Shown here: one piece after another, positions 27,115 to 36,245 of the stretch
How positions within the stretch are numbered: position 1 is the stretch's first letter
Layout of the letters: each line of letters begins with the position of its first letter
Assembly (NCBI GenBank): GCA_045629505.1
Contig: JAZQRJ010000022.1
Span: 61,942 to 125,941, forward strand
Direction of reading: 5' to 3'
Origin: Novosphingobium sp.
GTDB lineage: Bacteria; Pseudomonadota; Alphaproteobacteria; Sphingomonadales; Sphingomonadaceae
Length of the DNA: 64,000 nt
Translations under genes and position numbers: made by a program
Notes under the pieces: model-generated
What the model saw: the letters and a program-made list of their open reading frames with translations, nothing else
What the model was told of the DNA's origin: nothing
Databases searched by the model: none

Positions 27115-28932
27115 ATGTCTTTGAAAGTGAAGTCCAAATCCTTGGAGGATAAGTTCAAACTGTCCATGCCTGTCGAACTTCTTCGCCAGAAGTACGACGA
27201 GGAGCGCAACAAACGCATCCGGCCAGAAGGCAATGCACAGTATCAGGAACTGAAGGGGCGTTTTAGCGATCTGGACGAAGATCCATACATCGAAGCGCCG
27301 ATCGTGCGCGATCCCATTGTGGCTGAGCACGAAGTCATTATCATTGGCGGCGGTTTTGGAGGCCTCCTGCAGGGCGCGCATTTGCGCAAGCAGGGCGTCG
27401 ATGATTTTGCGATTATCGAACGGGGCGGGGACTTTGGCGGGACATGGTACTGGAACCGCTACCCCGGCTGCATGTGCGACGTGGAATCTTACTGCTATCT
27501 CCCTCTGCTGGATGATACCGGCTATGTCCCCAAGGACAAGTATTCCCGCGCGCCGGAGATTTTCGCCTATTGCCAGATGATCGGGCGGCACTTCTCGCTT
27601 TATGAAACCGCGCTGTTCCAAACGCAGGTGAAGAGCGCGGAGTGGGATGAGGCAACCAGCCGCTGGGTGGTCACCACGGATAGGGGAGACACGCTTTCCG
27701 GACGCTACATCGTGATTGCGGGCGGTATTCTTCACAAGGCGAAGCTGCCTGGCGTTCCGGGAATTGAAACGTTCCAGGGCCACGCCTTCCACACCAGCCG
27801 CTGGGACTATGAGTACACGGGCGGCAGTCCGACCGAATTCATGGACAAGCTGGGGGACAAGAAGGTCGGCATTGTCGGCACCGGCGCAACCTCGATCCAG
27901 GCAGTGCCGCATCTGGCTGAGGCGGCGGGACACCTTTACGTGTTCCAGCGCACCCCTTCTGCCGTGGGGCCGCGCAACAACCGCCCCACCGATCCTGAGT
28001 GGGCGGCATCGCTCAAAACCGGATGGGCGCGCGAGCGTGAGGAGAATTTCACCGCCAGCATTTCCGGACGCAAGCCGGTTCCCGATCTGGTCGATGATGG
28101 ATGGACGCATATCCATCGCCGCGATGGGGCAGAGCGTGCCGAGTCAGAAGATGAGCTGAAACTGGCGGCAGAGCTGGCGGATTTTGAGCGCATGGAGGAA
28201 GTGCGCGCCCGCGTGGACGAGATCGTCAAGGACCAGGCCACTGCCGAGGCATTGAAGCCGTGGTTCGGTCACATGTGCAAGCGGCCATGTTTTCACGACG
28301 AATATTTGCAGAGCTTCAATCGTCCCAATGTCACCCTTGTCGATACCAAGGGCATGGGTGTTCAGGAGATCAGCGAGAAGGGCGTGGTCGTTGAAGGCAA
28401 GGAATATGAACTTGATCTGCTGATCTTTGCTTCAGGCTTTGAAGTGACCACAGAGTTCACCCGCCGTATGGGTTTTGATCCCATCGGCCCCGGCGGCCTC
28501 AGCTTCAGCGAACACCTCACTCGCGGGGCGGAAACGCTGCATGGCGTGCTGGGCCGGAAGTTTCCCAACATGTTCACCATCAGCACGATTCAGGGCGGCG
28601 CCATGCCGAACTACGTTACCATGGCGCATGAGGATGCGGTCAACATCGCGCACATAATTCGGTGGGCAGTGGACAAGGGTGCAGTCACTGTGCAGCCGAC
28701 AGAGGCTGCGGCCGAGGCATGGGCACAAACCATCGTATCGTCGATCGGGCCGTTCGCAGAATACAACGCGAAGTGCACGCCCAGCTATTACAACAACGAG
28801 CTTGGCCAGTCGACGAACTTCGTGGTGCGGAATGCCGTATTCGCCGCGCCGCCGGATGAATTCATCGCCACCTTGCGCAACTGGCGCAACAGCAACGGAG
28901 AGGAGACCGATCTGGAGATTACCACCCGCTGA
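27115..28932 (+). CDS. Type I Baeyer-Villiger monooxygenase, ~605 aa (CPDMO/PtlE-like)
   Basis: KYDEERNKR, GGGFGG, GGTWYWNRYPG..CD, FQGHAFHTSRWDY, GTGAT, CKRP. Confidence 0.9.
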   Translation: MSLKVKSKSLEDKFKLSMPVELLRQKYDEERNKRIRPEGNAQYQELKGRFSDLDEDPYIEAPIVRDPIVAEHEVIIIGGGFGGLLQGAHLRKQGVDDFAIIERGGDFGGTWYWNRYPGCMCDVESYCYLPLLDDTGYVPKDKYSRAPEIFAYCQMIGRHFSLYETALFQTQVKSAEWDEATSRWVVTTDRGDTLSGRYIVIAGGILHKAKLPGVPGIETFQGHAFHTSRWDYEYTGGSPTEFMDKLGDKKVGIVGTGATSIQAVPHLAEAAGHLYVFQRTPSAVGPRNNRPTDPEWAASLKTGWAREREENFTASISGRKPVPDLVDDGWTHIHRRDGAERAESEDELKLAAELADFERMEEVRARVDEIVKDQATAEALKPWFGHMCKRPCFHDEYLQSFNRPNVTLVDTKGMGVQEISEKGVVVEGKEYELDLLIFASGFEVTTEFTRRMGFDPIGPGGLSFSEHLTRGAETLHGVLGRKFPNMFTISTIQGGAMPNYVTMAHEDAVNIAHIIRWAVDKGAVTVQPTEAAAEAWAQTIVSSIGPFAEYNAKCTPSYYNNELGQSTNFVVRNAVFAAPPDEFIATLRNWRNSNGEETDLEITTR

Positions 28933-29048
28933 CGCGGGCCAAATTTCCAATTCCTATATCCCAATTTGCGCTGGGGCATGAGGGCGGGGGTTGCATTCCG
29001 CCCTTTCCGGCCGCAGGACGCATCCAAAGAGATAAATTCGGGGGAAGG

Positions 29049-30296
29049 ATGGCGGTGCGTTCAATTTACTTTGGGTGGTTTATTGTTGCCGCATCGCTGC
29101 TAATTTATTCACTGATCATTGGCAGTACATTCGCCTCGTTTGGCCTGTACGTCCTCCCGGTTTCCGAAGAGTTCGGGCTTTCCCGAGCTGAGATCAACAC
29201 CGGCCTTATCATCCTCAACCTGGGCAACGCCGCAATGGCGCCGTTCATCGGGCGCTTGCTGGACCGAGTGCCTGCAAAGCGGGTGATGGCAATCAGCGCA
29301 GTCCTGCTGGGGGGCAGCCTGATGGCGCTGGGTATGTCTCAGTCGCTCTGGGTAGACGCGGCGATCATCGCCGTCCCTGTTGCAGTGGGTGTGCTTGGTT
29401 CTGGCACGATCTCTATATCCGTGATGATCGCGCGCTGGTTCACGGTCTATCGCGGACGCGCCATGGCGCTGGCGGCGATCGGCATGTCTCTGGGCGGCAT
29501 TATCGTTACACCCCTCGTCGGCTGGCTTATTGCGGCGGAGGGCTGGCGCACTACTCTGGTGGTTATCGGCGCTGCGGTGGGCGTCCTGATGCTGCTGCTC
29601 GCGTTATCCATGCGCGAAACACCAGGGCCGAATGAACATGAGTCGCGCAGGCAAGCTGTAAGAACGCCTGCGCAGCGGGAAGTTGCTTTGGCAGCTTCCA
29701 ATGTGCCACCGCCTTCTGCGAGTTCGATCCTGCGCATGCCATTGTTCTGGGTGTTGTCGATTGGCATCGCTCTGGGCTCCGGCGTCAATCAGGGCCTGAT
29801 GATCAGCCTTGTGCCGCTCGCGCTGGAATCCGGGCTCACCACGATGGAAAGTGCCAGCCTGATTTCGGTGACGGGTGTTGCCGGAATAGCGTCTATGCTG
29901 CTTTTGTCGGTGATAGCCGATCGCTGGGATCGCACGGTAATGCTGTCCATATTGACGCTGATCGGCGCAATTCCCTGTTCTTTTCTGCTGATAGCGGAAA
30001 GCTTCCCGGCTTTGCTGTTTACTGCGCTGATAATCGGCCTGTCGCTTGCGGTGGTTACGCCGATCTATATCGCCTTGCTGGCGGACCGCTTCGGACTGGC
30101 CGCTTTCGGAACGGTGCGGGGGCTGATCATTCCGGTCATGTCAGTGATCGGGGCGGTGTCAGTGCGTTTCATCGGGGAAATCTATGACCGGACGGGCGAC
30201 TACGATCTGGGGCTCTGGATTTACCTTGGCGTCGATGCGGTCGCCGCCGGGCTGATCATTTCGACCCGCTGGATGCGTTCACCCGCGGCAACCTGA
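29049..30296 (+). CDS. MFS transporter
   Basis: About 12 TM segments, GRLLDRVPAKRV, RWFTVYRGRAMA, LLADRFG. Confidence 0.9.
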   Translation: MAVRSIYFGWFIVAASLLIYSLIIGSTFASFGLYVLPVSEEFGLSRAEINTGLIILNLGNAAMAPFIGRLLDRVPAKRVMAISAVLLGGSLMALGMSQSLWVDAAIIAVPVAVGVLGSGTISISVMIARWFTVYRGRAMALAAIGMSLGGIIVTPLVGWLIAAEGWRTTLVVIGAAVGVLMLLLALSMRETPGPNEHESRRQAVRTPAQREVALAASNVPPPSASSILRMPLFWVLSIGIALGSGVNQGLMISLVPLALESGLTTMESASLISVTGVAGIASMLLLSVIADRWDRTVMLSILTLIGAIPCSFLLIAESFPALLFTALIIGLSLAVVTPIYIALLADRFGLAAFGTVRGLIIPVMSVIGAVSVRFIGEIYDRTGDYDLGLWIYLGVDAVAAGLIISTRWMRSPAAT

Positions 30297-30314
30297 ACCG
30301 ACAGGGCGGGGCAC

Positions 30315-31205
30315 TTATTCACGTCCGAAACTGGCGATGACTTCCTCACCGAAGGCCGCCAGCGTTTCCGGATTGCCGAAGTCGCAGAACCACACATAGC
30401 TGCGCTCTACACCTTGCACTGAGCGGCGGCGGAAATGTTCGCGTAGTTCCGGTCCATTGCCGACCACGGGACTGGACTGACCGAAGCGGCGCGTCGCCAT
30501 TTCTGAGATAGCCTCCCGCTGCGCCTCGGCGGGAACCCATGCAACCATTTCCTGTGTGGAGACGCGGGCGCGGCCTGCCTTGGCGCGCAATTCCTGAAAG
30601 GCATCGCCTTCCATCTTGTCGAGATAGCGGACGTCAAGGTTCCACCAGTCTGCAAATTCGCTCACTAACTCCATCGTCTTGGGGCCAGCGCCGCCAATCA
30701 GGATCGGGATCTTGCCGACGGGCGTAGGGGCAAACTGCACGCCTGCGATCTGGTTGAACTCGCCTTCGTATTCGAAATGCTCGCCGCCCCACAGGCCGGT
30801 TAGGATTTCCAGCGTTTCACGCAGGCGCCGCACCCTCTCTTTCGGCGTGGAAGGCTTCAGGCCAAAAGCATCGAAATCGAGTTGGTAGGAGCCCCAGCCG
30901 ATGCCCAGTTCAAAACGGCCGCCCGATGCGTGGTTCAGCGTGATCGCCTCGCGAGCCAGCACCGCCGGATTGCGCATCGCGTCGCACAGCACCAATGATC
31001 CCACCAGCAACTTCTCGGTATGTGCGGCCAGCCAGGTGTTTGTCACCATCGCTTCGTACATCGGTTGATTATGGGCAAGCGGCGGGACGAGGTGATCCAT
31101 GCCAACCATGCCGGTAAACCCTGCCTGCTCTGCAGCACGCGCGATCGTTACCATCTGATCGAGCGACATGCGCATTTGCGGCAGGAATAGGTGAAACTGC
31201 ATCAA
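30315..31205 (-). CDS. Luciferase-like (LLM) flavin-dependent oxidoreductase
   Basis: AEQAGF...MDHL, RNPAVLAREA..L..ASGGRFELGIGWG, PILIGGAGPK. Confidence 0.88.
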   Translation of the reverse strand: MMQFHLFLPQMRMSLDQMVTIARAAEQAGFTGMVGMDHLVPPLAHNQPMYEAMVTNTWLAAHTEKLLVGSLVLCDAMRNPAVLAREAITLNHASGGRFELGIGWGSYQLDFDAFGLKPSTPKERVRRLRETLEILTGLWGGEHFEYEGEFNQIAGVQFAPTPVGKIPILIGGAGPKTMELVSEFADWWNLDVRYLDKMEGDAFQELRAKAGRARVSTQEMVAWVPAEAQREAISEMATRRFGQSSPVVGNGPELREHFRRRSVQGVERSYVWFCDFGNPETLAAFGEEVIASFGRE

Positions 31206-31229
31206 AATCTCCGTGCTGTTGTGCTGGTG

Positions 31230-32843
31230 TCAGGCCGACAATGCGAAGCCGGTGTAGCCGGCGCTGGCCACTTCCTCGCACCGGGCGGCATAGTCCGGGT
31301 AGCCGCCCACATAGGCCATGAACATGCGCGGCTTTCCGGCGATATTGTCGCCGTTGTACCATGAGTTTGCGAGTGGGAAGAGCGTGCCGGCGGCTACGCG
31401 GCGCACTTCCTCTGCCCATTCGTCCTGCGCTTCAACGGTCGCTTCGATCCGCGTCTGGCCATTGGCGCGCATCTGGCGGATCGCGCCCGCAATCCATTCA
31501 ACGTGCTGTTCAATGGCAGCAATCATGTTGGCGAGGACGGATGGGCTGCCCGGTCCGGTGATCGTAAACATGTTGGGAAAGCCCGCGACCATCAAGCCAA
31601 GGTAAGTGCGCGGGCCATCGCTCCATGCTTCTTCCAGCGTAAGGCCCTCCGCGCCGCGAATGTTCATGGATTTGAGAGGGCCGGTCATCGCGTCAAACCC
31701 GGTGGCGAATACGATCACGTCCAGCAGATGTTCGCCTGCGCCGGTTCTGATCGCATTGGCAGTGACTTCTTCGATCGGCGTTTTCTTCAGATCGACAAGA
31801 GTGACGTTGGGCCGGTTGAACGTGGCGTAATAATCAGTGTCGAGGCAAATGCGTTTTGTGGCGATGGGGTGATCGCGGGGCGTGAGGCTTTCGGCGACCT
31901 GCGGGTCTTTCACGATGTCGGCAATCTTGCGCCGCACGAATTCGGCGGCCTGTTCGTTCGATGCTAGGTTGGTGAGGGAATCGGCAAACAGGATTGGGAT
32001 GCCGCCTGCGCCTCCGCGCCGCCACTTATCCTCATAGGCTGCTTCGCGTTCCTCGTCGGACAGGTCGAAAGCGGAATCCGCGATGGTCTGTTTAACGGTC
32101 GCTGCGCGGTTCTGCAGGATTACCCGCCGATGGCCTAGATAGTCTGCGCGGATTGCTGCTTCATAGTCCGGATCGACCGGGCGATTGACCGCGGGCAGGG
32201 TGAAGTTCGCGCTGCGCTGAAACACCGTGAGATGCGCGGCTTCTTGCGCGATGACGGGAATGCTCTGGATGCCGGACGATCCCGTGCCGATAACGGCCAC
32301 GCGTTTTCCCGAATGGTCAAAGCCCTGCTGGGGCCAAGCCTGAGTGAACAGGACCGTTCCCTCGAAGTTATCCAGGCCGGGAATGTCCGGCCGGTTGGGA
32401 ATGGAAAGGCAGCCCGTTGCCGCGATCAGAAACCGGGCGCGGAGTTGCTCGCCCGTATCGGTGCCTATGGCCCAAAGGTTCTCCTCCTCCTTCCAGACGC
32501 AGCGGTTGACGCGCGTGTTGAAGGATATGTCACGGCGCAGATCGAACCGTTCTGCAACGTGCCGGGCATAGCGGAGCACTTCGGGCTGGGTGGCAAAGCG
32601 TTCGCTCCACTTCCAGTCATTCAACAGGGCTTCGTCAAAGCCGTAGCAATAGTCGAGGCTTTCAACGTCGCAGCGAGCGCCCGGGTAGCAGTTCCACCAC
32701 CATGTACCGCCAACGTCTTCTGCTGCCTCAAACCCGCGAAGTGACAATCCTATGCCGCGTAGCTTGTGGATCGCATAAAGCCCGGCAAATCCCGCACCCA
32801 CGATTGCCGCATCAACCGGCGGCGGTTCCTGCGAATCGGTCAT
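31230..32843 (-). CDS. Type I BVMO (PAMO/steroid monooxygenase-like) with atypical fingerprint
   Basis: GAGFAG, GGTWWWNCYPGARCD, FEGTVLFTQAWP, GTGSSG, TKRICLD, NSWYNGDNIAGKPR; start at 32843. Confidence 0.9.
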   Translation of the reverse strand: MTDSQEPPPVDAAIVGAGFAGLYAIHKLRGIGLSLRGFEAAEDVGGTWWWNCYPGARCDVESLDYCYGFDEALLNDWKWSERFATQPEVLRYARHVAERFDLRRDISFNTRVNRCVWKEEENLWAIGTDTGEQLRARFLIAATGCLSIPNRPDIPGLDNFEGTVLFTQAWPQQGFDHSGKRVAVIGTGSSGIQSIPVIAQEAAHLTVFQRSANFTLPAVNRPVDPDYEAAIRADYLGHRRVILQNRAATVKQTIADSAFDLSDEEREAAYEDKWRRGGAGGIPILFADSLTNLASNEQAAEFVRRKIADIVKDPQVAESLTPRDHPIATKRICLDTDYYATFNRPNVTLVDLKKTPIEEVTANAIRTGAGEHLLDVIVFATGFDAMTGPLKSMNIRGAEGLTLEEAWSDGPRTYLGLMVAGFPNMFTITGPGSPSVLANMIAAIEQHVEWIAGAIRQMRANGQTRIEATVEAQDEWAEEVRRVAAGTLFPLANSWYNGDNIAGKPRMFMAYVGGYPDYAARCEEVASAGYTGFALSA

Positions 32844-33036
32844 GGCCTCTCCATCTGATTGTCTTATTTCAATCGATCCGTGCCACTCCTGCCTTTCGCA
32901 AGCAAGACACGCACATTCAAGGCATTGCGGGATGAAAGACTGCGCGCACAAAGCCATTCGCAGCCCCAATCTCCCGATTTAAGGAAATTGAACTCTTTCA
33001 TTGTCGGATGGAAATGTCATCGTTACGAACAAGCGC

Positions 33037-34377
33037 ATGAGAGAAGGATCTGAAACGGTAATCACCGCCCCGCAAGTCTCCGCAAAGCAAGTTTCAAGTG
33101 TCTATCGCAGCTATGTGATGGTCCTGCTGCTGGCGATTTACATACTTAATTTTCTGGATCGGCAGGTCGTCAATATCCTGGCTGAGCCGATCAAGAACGA
33201 TCTCCAACTTGCAGACTGGCAGATCGGGCTGATGGGGGGACTGGCCTTCGCTCTGCTTTATACAGTCCTTGGGGTGCCAATCGCTCTGCTGGCCGAACGC
33301 AAGAACCGTTCTGTCATCATCGCCATCGCCATCGCCGTCTGGAGTGGGTGTACGGCCGCGTGCGGACTTGCGCAAAACTTCGTTCAGCTGGTGCTGGCCC
33401 GAGTTGGTGTTGGTGTCGGTGAAGCAGGTGCTACGCCGCCGTCTCATTCGCTGATCGTCGATTACGCGCCCAAGGAAAAGCGCAGCTCGGCCCTGGCGTT
33501 CTATGGCATGGGCGCGCCGCTTGGTGGATTGCTGGGCATGGCATTCGGCGGAATGGTTGCAGACGCTTATGGCTGGCGGACTGCCTTTTTCCTCGCCGGT
33601 GCGCCGGGCATCCTGTTTGCCGTTCTGGCCTTCTTCACGCTGAAAGATCCGAGATATACCGGGGTGGTTCCCATGCCGAGAGCGGAAAATCGCGTTACTA
33701 TCAGTGAGACGCTTCGCGTGCTTTGGAGCAAGCCTGCGTTTTTCTACACTATCGGCGGAGTGACGATCAAAGCGTTCGTCTCCATCGGCTATTCGCTGTT
33801 TCTGGCTTCGTTCTTTTTGCGCAACCATCCGGAGGAAGTTGCTCGTTTTGCTGCCTCTATCGGGTTGGAATCGATCGGCTTCCTTGGTCTGACGATCGGG
33901 TTGATGAGCGGCGTTTTCGGTGCAGTAGGCATGTGGCTGGGCGGCCAGCTTTCGGATCGCTTCGCGGCTGAGGACGCTCGGCGCAACATGTACATCTGCA
34001 TCGTCGCCGCCCTTGCTTTCATCCCGCCGTTTACTGTGGCGATGCTTACGCAATCTCTCTCGATTTCGCTGGCGGCTTTGGCGGTGACAGCGCTGCTCAG
34101 CAATTTGCACTATGGTCCGGCGATCTCCTCCATGCTCAGCATCGCGCCAGCCAATATGCGCGCTCCGGCTTCCGCGATTCAGCTGTTCATTGCCAACCTT
34201 ATCGGTCTGGGTCTTGGGCCCCTTGCAGTCGGCGCGCTAAGCGATACGCTGGCCGCATCGATGGGTGCTGCCGAGGGCCTGCGCTGGGCGCTCGTTATCG
34301 CCAGTTCGCTGGGCGTCTTTGCCGGGGTCAGCTTCTGGATGGCCAGCCGGACCCTGCGTGAAGATCTTGAAGCCTGA
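33037..34377 (+). CDS. MFS transporter, spinster-like
   Basis: LNFLDRQVVNILAEPIK.DL.L.D, VGVGEAG..PPSHSLI.DY.P..KR. Confidence 0.9.
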   Translation: MREGSETVITAPQVSAKQVSSVYRSYVMVLLLAIYILNFLDRQVVNILAEPIKNDLQLADWQIGLMGGLAFALLYTVLGVPIALLAERKNRSVIIAIAIAVWSGCTAACGLAQNFVQLVLARVGVGVGEAGATPPSHSLIVDYAPKEKRSSALAFYGMGAPLGGLLGMAFGGMVADAYGWRTAFFLAGAPGILFAVLAFFTLKDPRYTGVVPMPRAENRVTISETLRVLWSKPAFFYTIGGVTIKAFVSIGYSLFLASFFLRNHPEEVARFAASIGLESIGFLGLTIGLMSGVFGAVGMWLGGQLSDRFAAEDARRNMYICIVAALAFIPPFTVAMLTQSLSISLAALAVTALLSNLHYGPAISSMLSIAPANMRAPASAIQLFIANLIGLGLGPLAVGALSDTLAASMGAAEGLRWALVIASSLGVFAGVSFWMASRTLREDLEA

Positions 34378-34542
34378 TGCTCTAACACAGCATTTGCGCG
34401 AGAGGTGTTCCGCACGTAGGATTTTGCACGAACCGGCCCGTGCCGGAGGTATGAAAAGTTTCGCTCTGGCCGCAACCAGGGCGATGCGCCCGGAAACTCT
34501 TATGACAGGGAGCCGAGGCAGCAGATTGGGATAGGACGTCGA

Positions 34543-36177
34543 ATGACACAACGCTTTGATGTGATCGTCGTAGGTGCTGGCTTTGCCGGCATGCACATGT
34601 TGTACAAGCTGCGCCAGATGAAGATGTCTGCCCTCGTAATCGAGAGAGGCAGCGACGTTGGCGGGACATGGTATTGGAACCGCTATCCCGGTGCGCGTTG
34701 TGACGTTCCCTCTCTGGACTATTCGGTGCCGTGGGACGCTGAACTCGATCAGGAATGGAACTGGAGCGAAAAGTATTCCGCTCAGCCTGAAATCCTGCGC
34801 TATGCAACGCATCTTGCCGATCGCCACGACTTTCGGCGCGATATCCGCTTCGATACCTCCGTTACCAGCGCCCAGTGGGACGATGGGCGCAAGGTGTGGA
34901 CGGTTGGCACGGATCGGGGCGACAGTTTCGAAGCGCAATATCTGGTAAGCGCCGCGGGTGCCCTTTCGGAACCCAATCTGCCGGACATTCCTGGCATTCG
35001 CGATTTCAAGGGTGAGCTTTACCACACTGGCCGCTGGCCCAAGGAGCCGGTTGCGCTGGCGGGTAAGCGCGTCGCTGTGCTGGGCACGGGATCAACCGGG
35101 GTGCAGGCCGGCACTGCCATCGCGAAGGAGGCAGAGCATCTCTATGTCTTGCAACGTACGGCCCAGTTCAGCTTGCCGTGCAAGACGCCGCCGCTGACTG
35201 AGGAAGATCATGCGGAGATCAGGGCGCGTTATCCTGAACACCGCGAATGGCAGCGCAATTCCTATGCCGCCACGTCATCCAACATCGCTACGCCATTTGG
35301 TCCGCACGCTTTCGATGATCCCAAAGAGGTGCGTCTGAAAAATTATGAAGCGGCCTGGAATTCCGGCACGGCTGCGCTGGTGGGCGTCTATGGCGATGTG
35401 TCCACCAATGCCGAAGTTGCGCAGGAAGTGTCCGACTTCGTGCGCGACAAGATCCGCCAGAAGGTGAAAGACCCGGCGGTTGCGGAAAAGCTGTGCCCGC
35501 TGCCCGGCACATATATCGGCACGCGGCGCATCATCATCGATACCGGCTATTACGAGATTTATAATCAGCCCAACGTAACGCTGGTTGATATCCGGGAAGA
35601 CCCGATCGCCGAGATCACGGGAAATGGAGTAAGGACGCAGAGCGGCGCGTTTTATGAGCTGGACATGCTGGTGGTCGCAACAGGTTATGACGCTGTCACC
35701 GGCCCACTGCTCGCCATGAATATTACGGGCAAGGATGGCCTGTCTTTGAACGATGCATGGGCTGATGGCCCACACAGCTATCTTGGCTTGATGGTCGCCG
35801 GCTTCCCCAACATGTTCGCGATCACTGGGCCGAGCAGCCCGGGCGTTCTGGCGAACGTGATCTTCTCGATCGACCAGCACGTGAACTGGGTCTGCGATTG
35901 CCTCGAACATATGCGCAATACCGGGACGCGAGCCATCGATACTACGCATGAGGCAGAGCAAGAGTGGGCGGACCATGCGTTTGAAACCTACAGCAAGGCT
36001 CTGCGTATGAACGACGATAACAACTGGTATCTGGGCACCAACATTCCCGGAAAGCCGCGAGCGGTGCTCGTCTATCAAGGTGGCCTTGGCTACTACAAGG
36101 ACAGGTGCGAAGCGATCGCCCAAGAGGGCTATCGCGGTTTCGTGTTCGATTATGATCGCGAGACGGCAAGCGCCTGA
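34543..36177 (+). CDS. Type I BVMO (PAMO/CHMO-like)
   Basis: GAGFAG, GGTWYWNRYPGARCD, FKGELYHTGRWP, GTGSTG, WYLGTNIPGKPR. Confidence 0.92.
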   Translation: MTQRFDVIVVGAGFAGMHMLYKLRQMKMSALVIERGSDVGGTWYWNRYPGARCDVPSLDYSVPWDAELDQEWNWSEKYSAQPEILRYATHLADRHDFRRDIRFDTSVTSAQWDDGRKVWTVGTDRGDSFEAQYLVSAAGALSEPNLPDIPGIRDFKGELYHTGRWPKEPVALAGKRVAVLGTGSTGVQAGTAIAKEAEHLYVLQRTAQFSLPCKTPPLTEEDHAEIRARYPEHREWQRNSYAATSSNIATPFGPHAFDDPKEVRLKNYEAAWNSGTAALVGVYGDVSTNAEVAQEVSDFVRDKIRQKVKDPAVAEKLCPLPGTYIGTRRIIIDTGYYEIYNQPNVTLVDIREDPIAEITGNGVRTQSGAFYELDMLVVATGYDAVTGPLLAMNITGKDGLSLNDAWADGPHSYLGLMVAGFPNMFAITGPSSPGVLANVIFSIDQHVNWVCDCLEHMRNTGTRAIDTTHEAEQEWADHAFETYSKALRMNDDNNWYLGTNIPGKPRAVLVYQGGLGYYKDRCEAIAQEGYRGFVFDYDRETASA

Positions 36178-36245
36178 TTTCCTCGACAGGGCACATTCGT
36201 TTCGCCATAAACGATAGCGATTTCAACGAGTAAAGGGGCACCCAC

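Noticed and set aside
27437-34690. Near-identical ~30-nt stretches in the three BVMO genes
   Set aside because: They encode the conserved GGTWxWNxYPG motif; paralogy, not a repeat element or diversity-generating system
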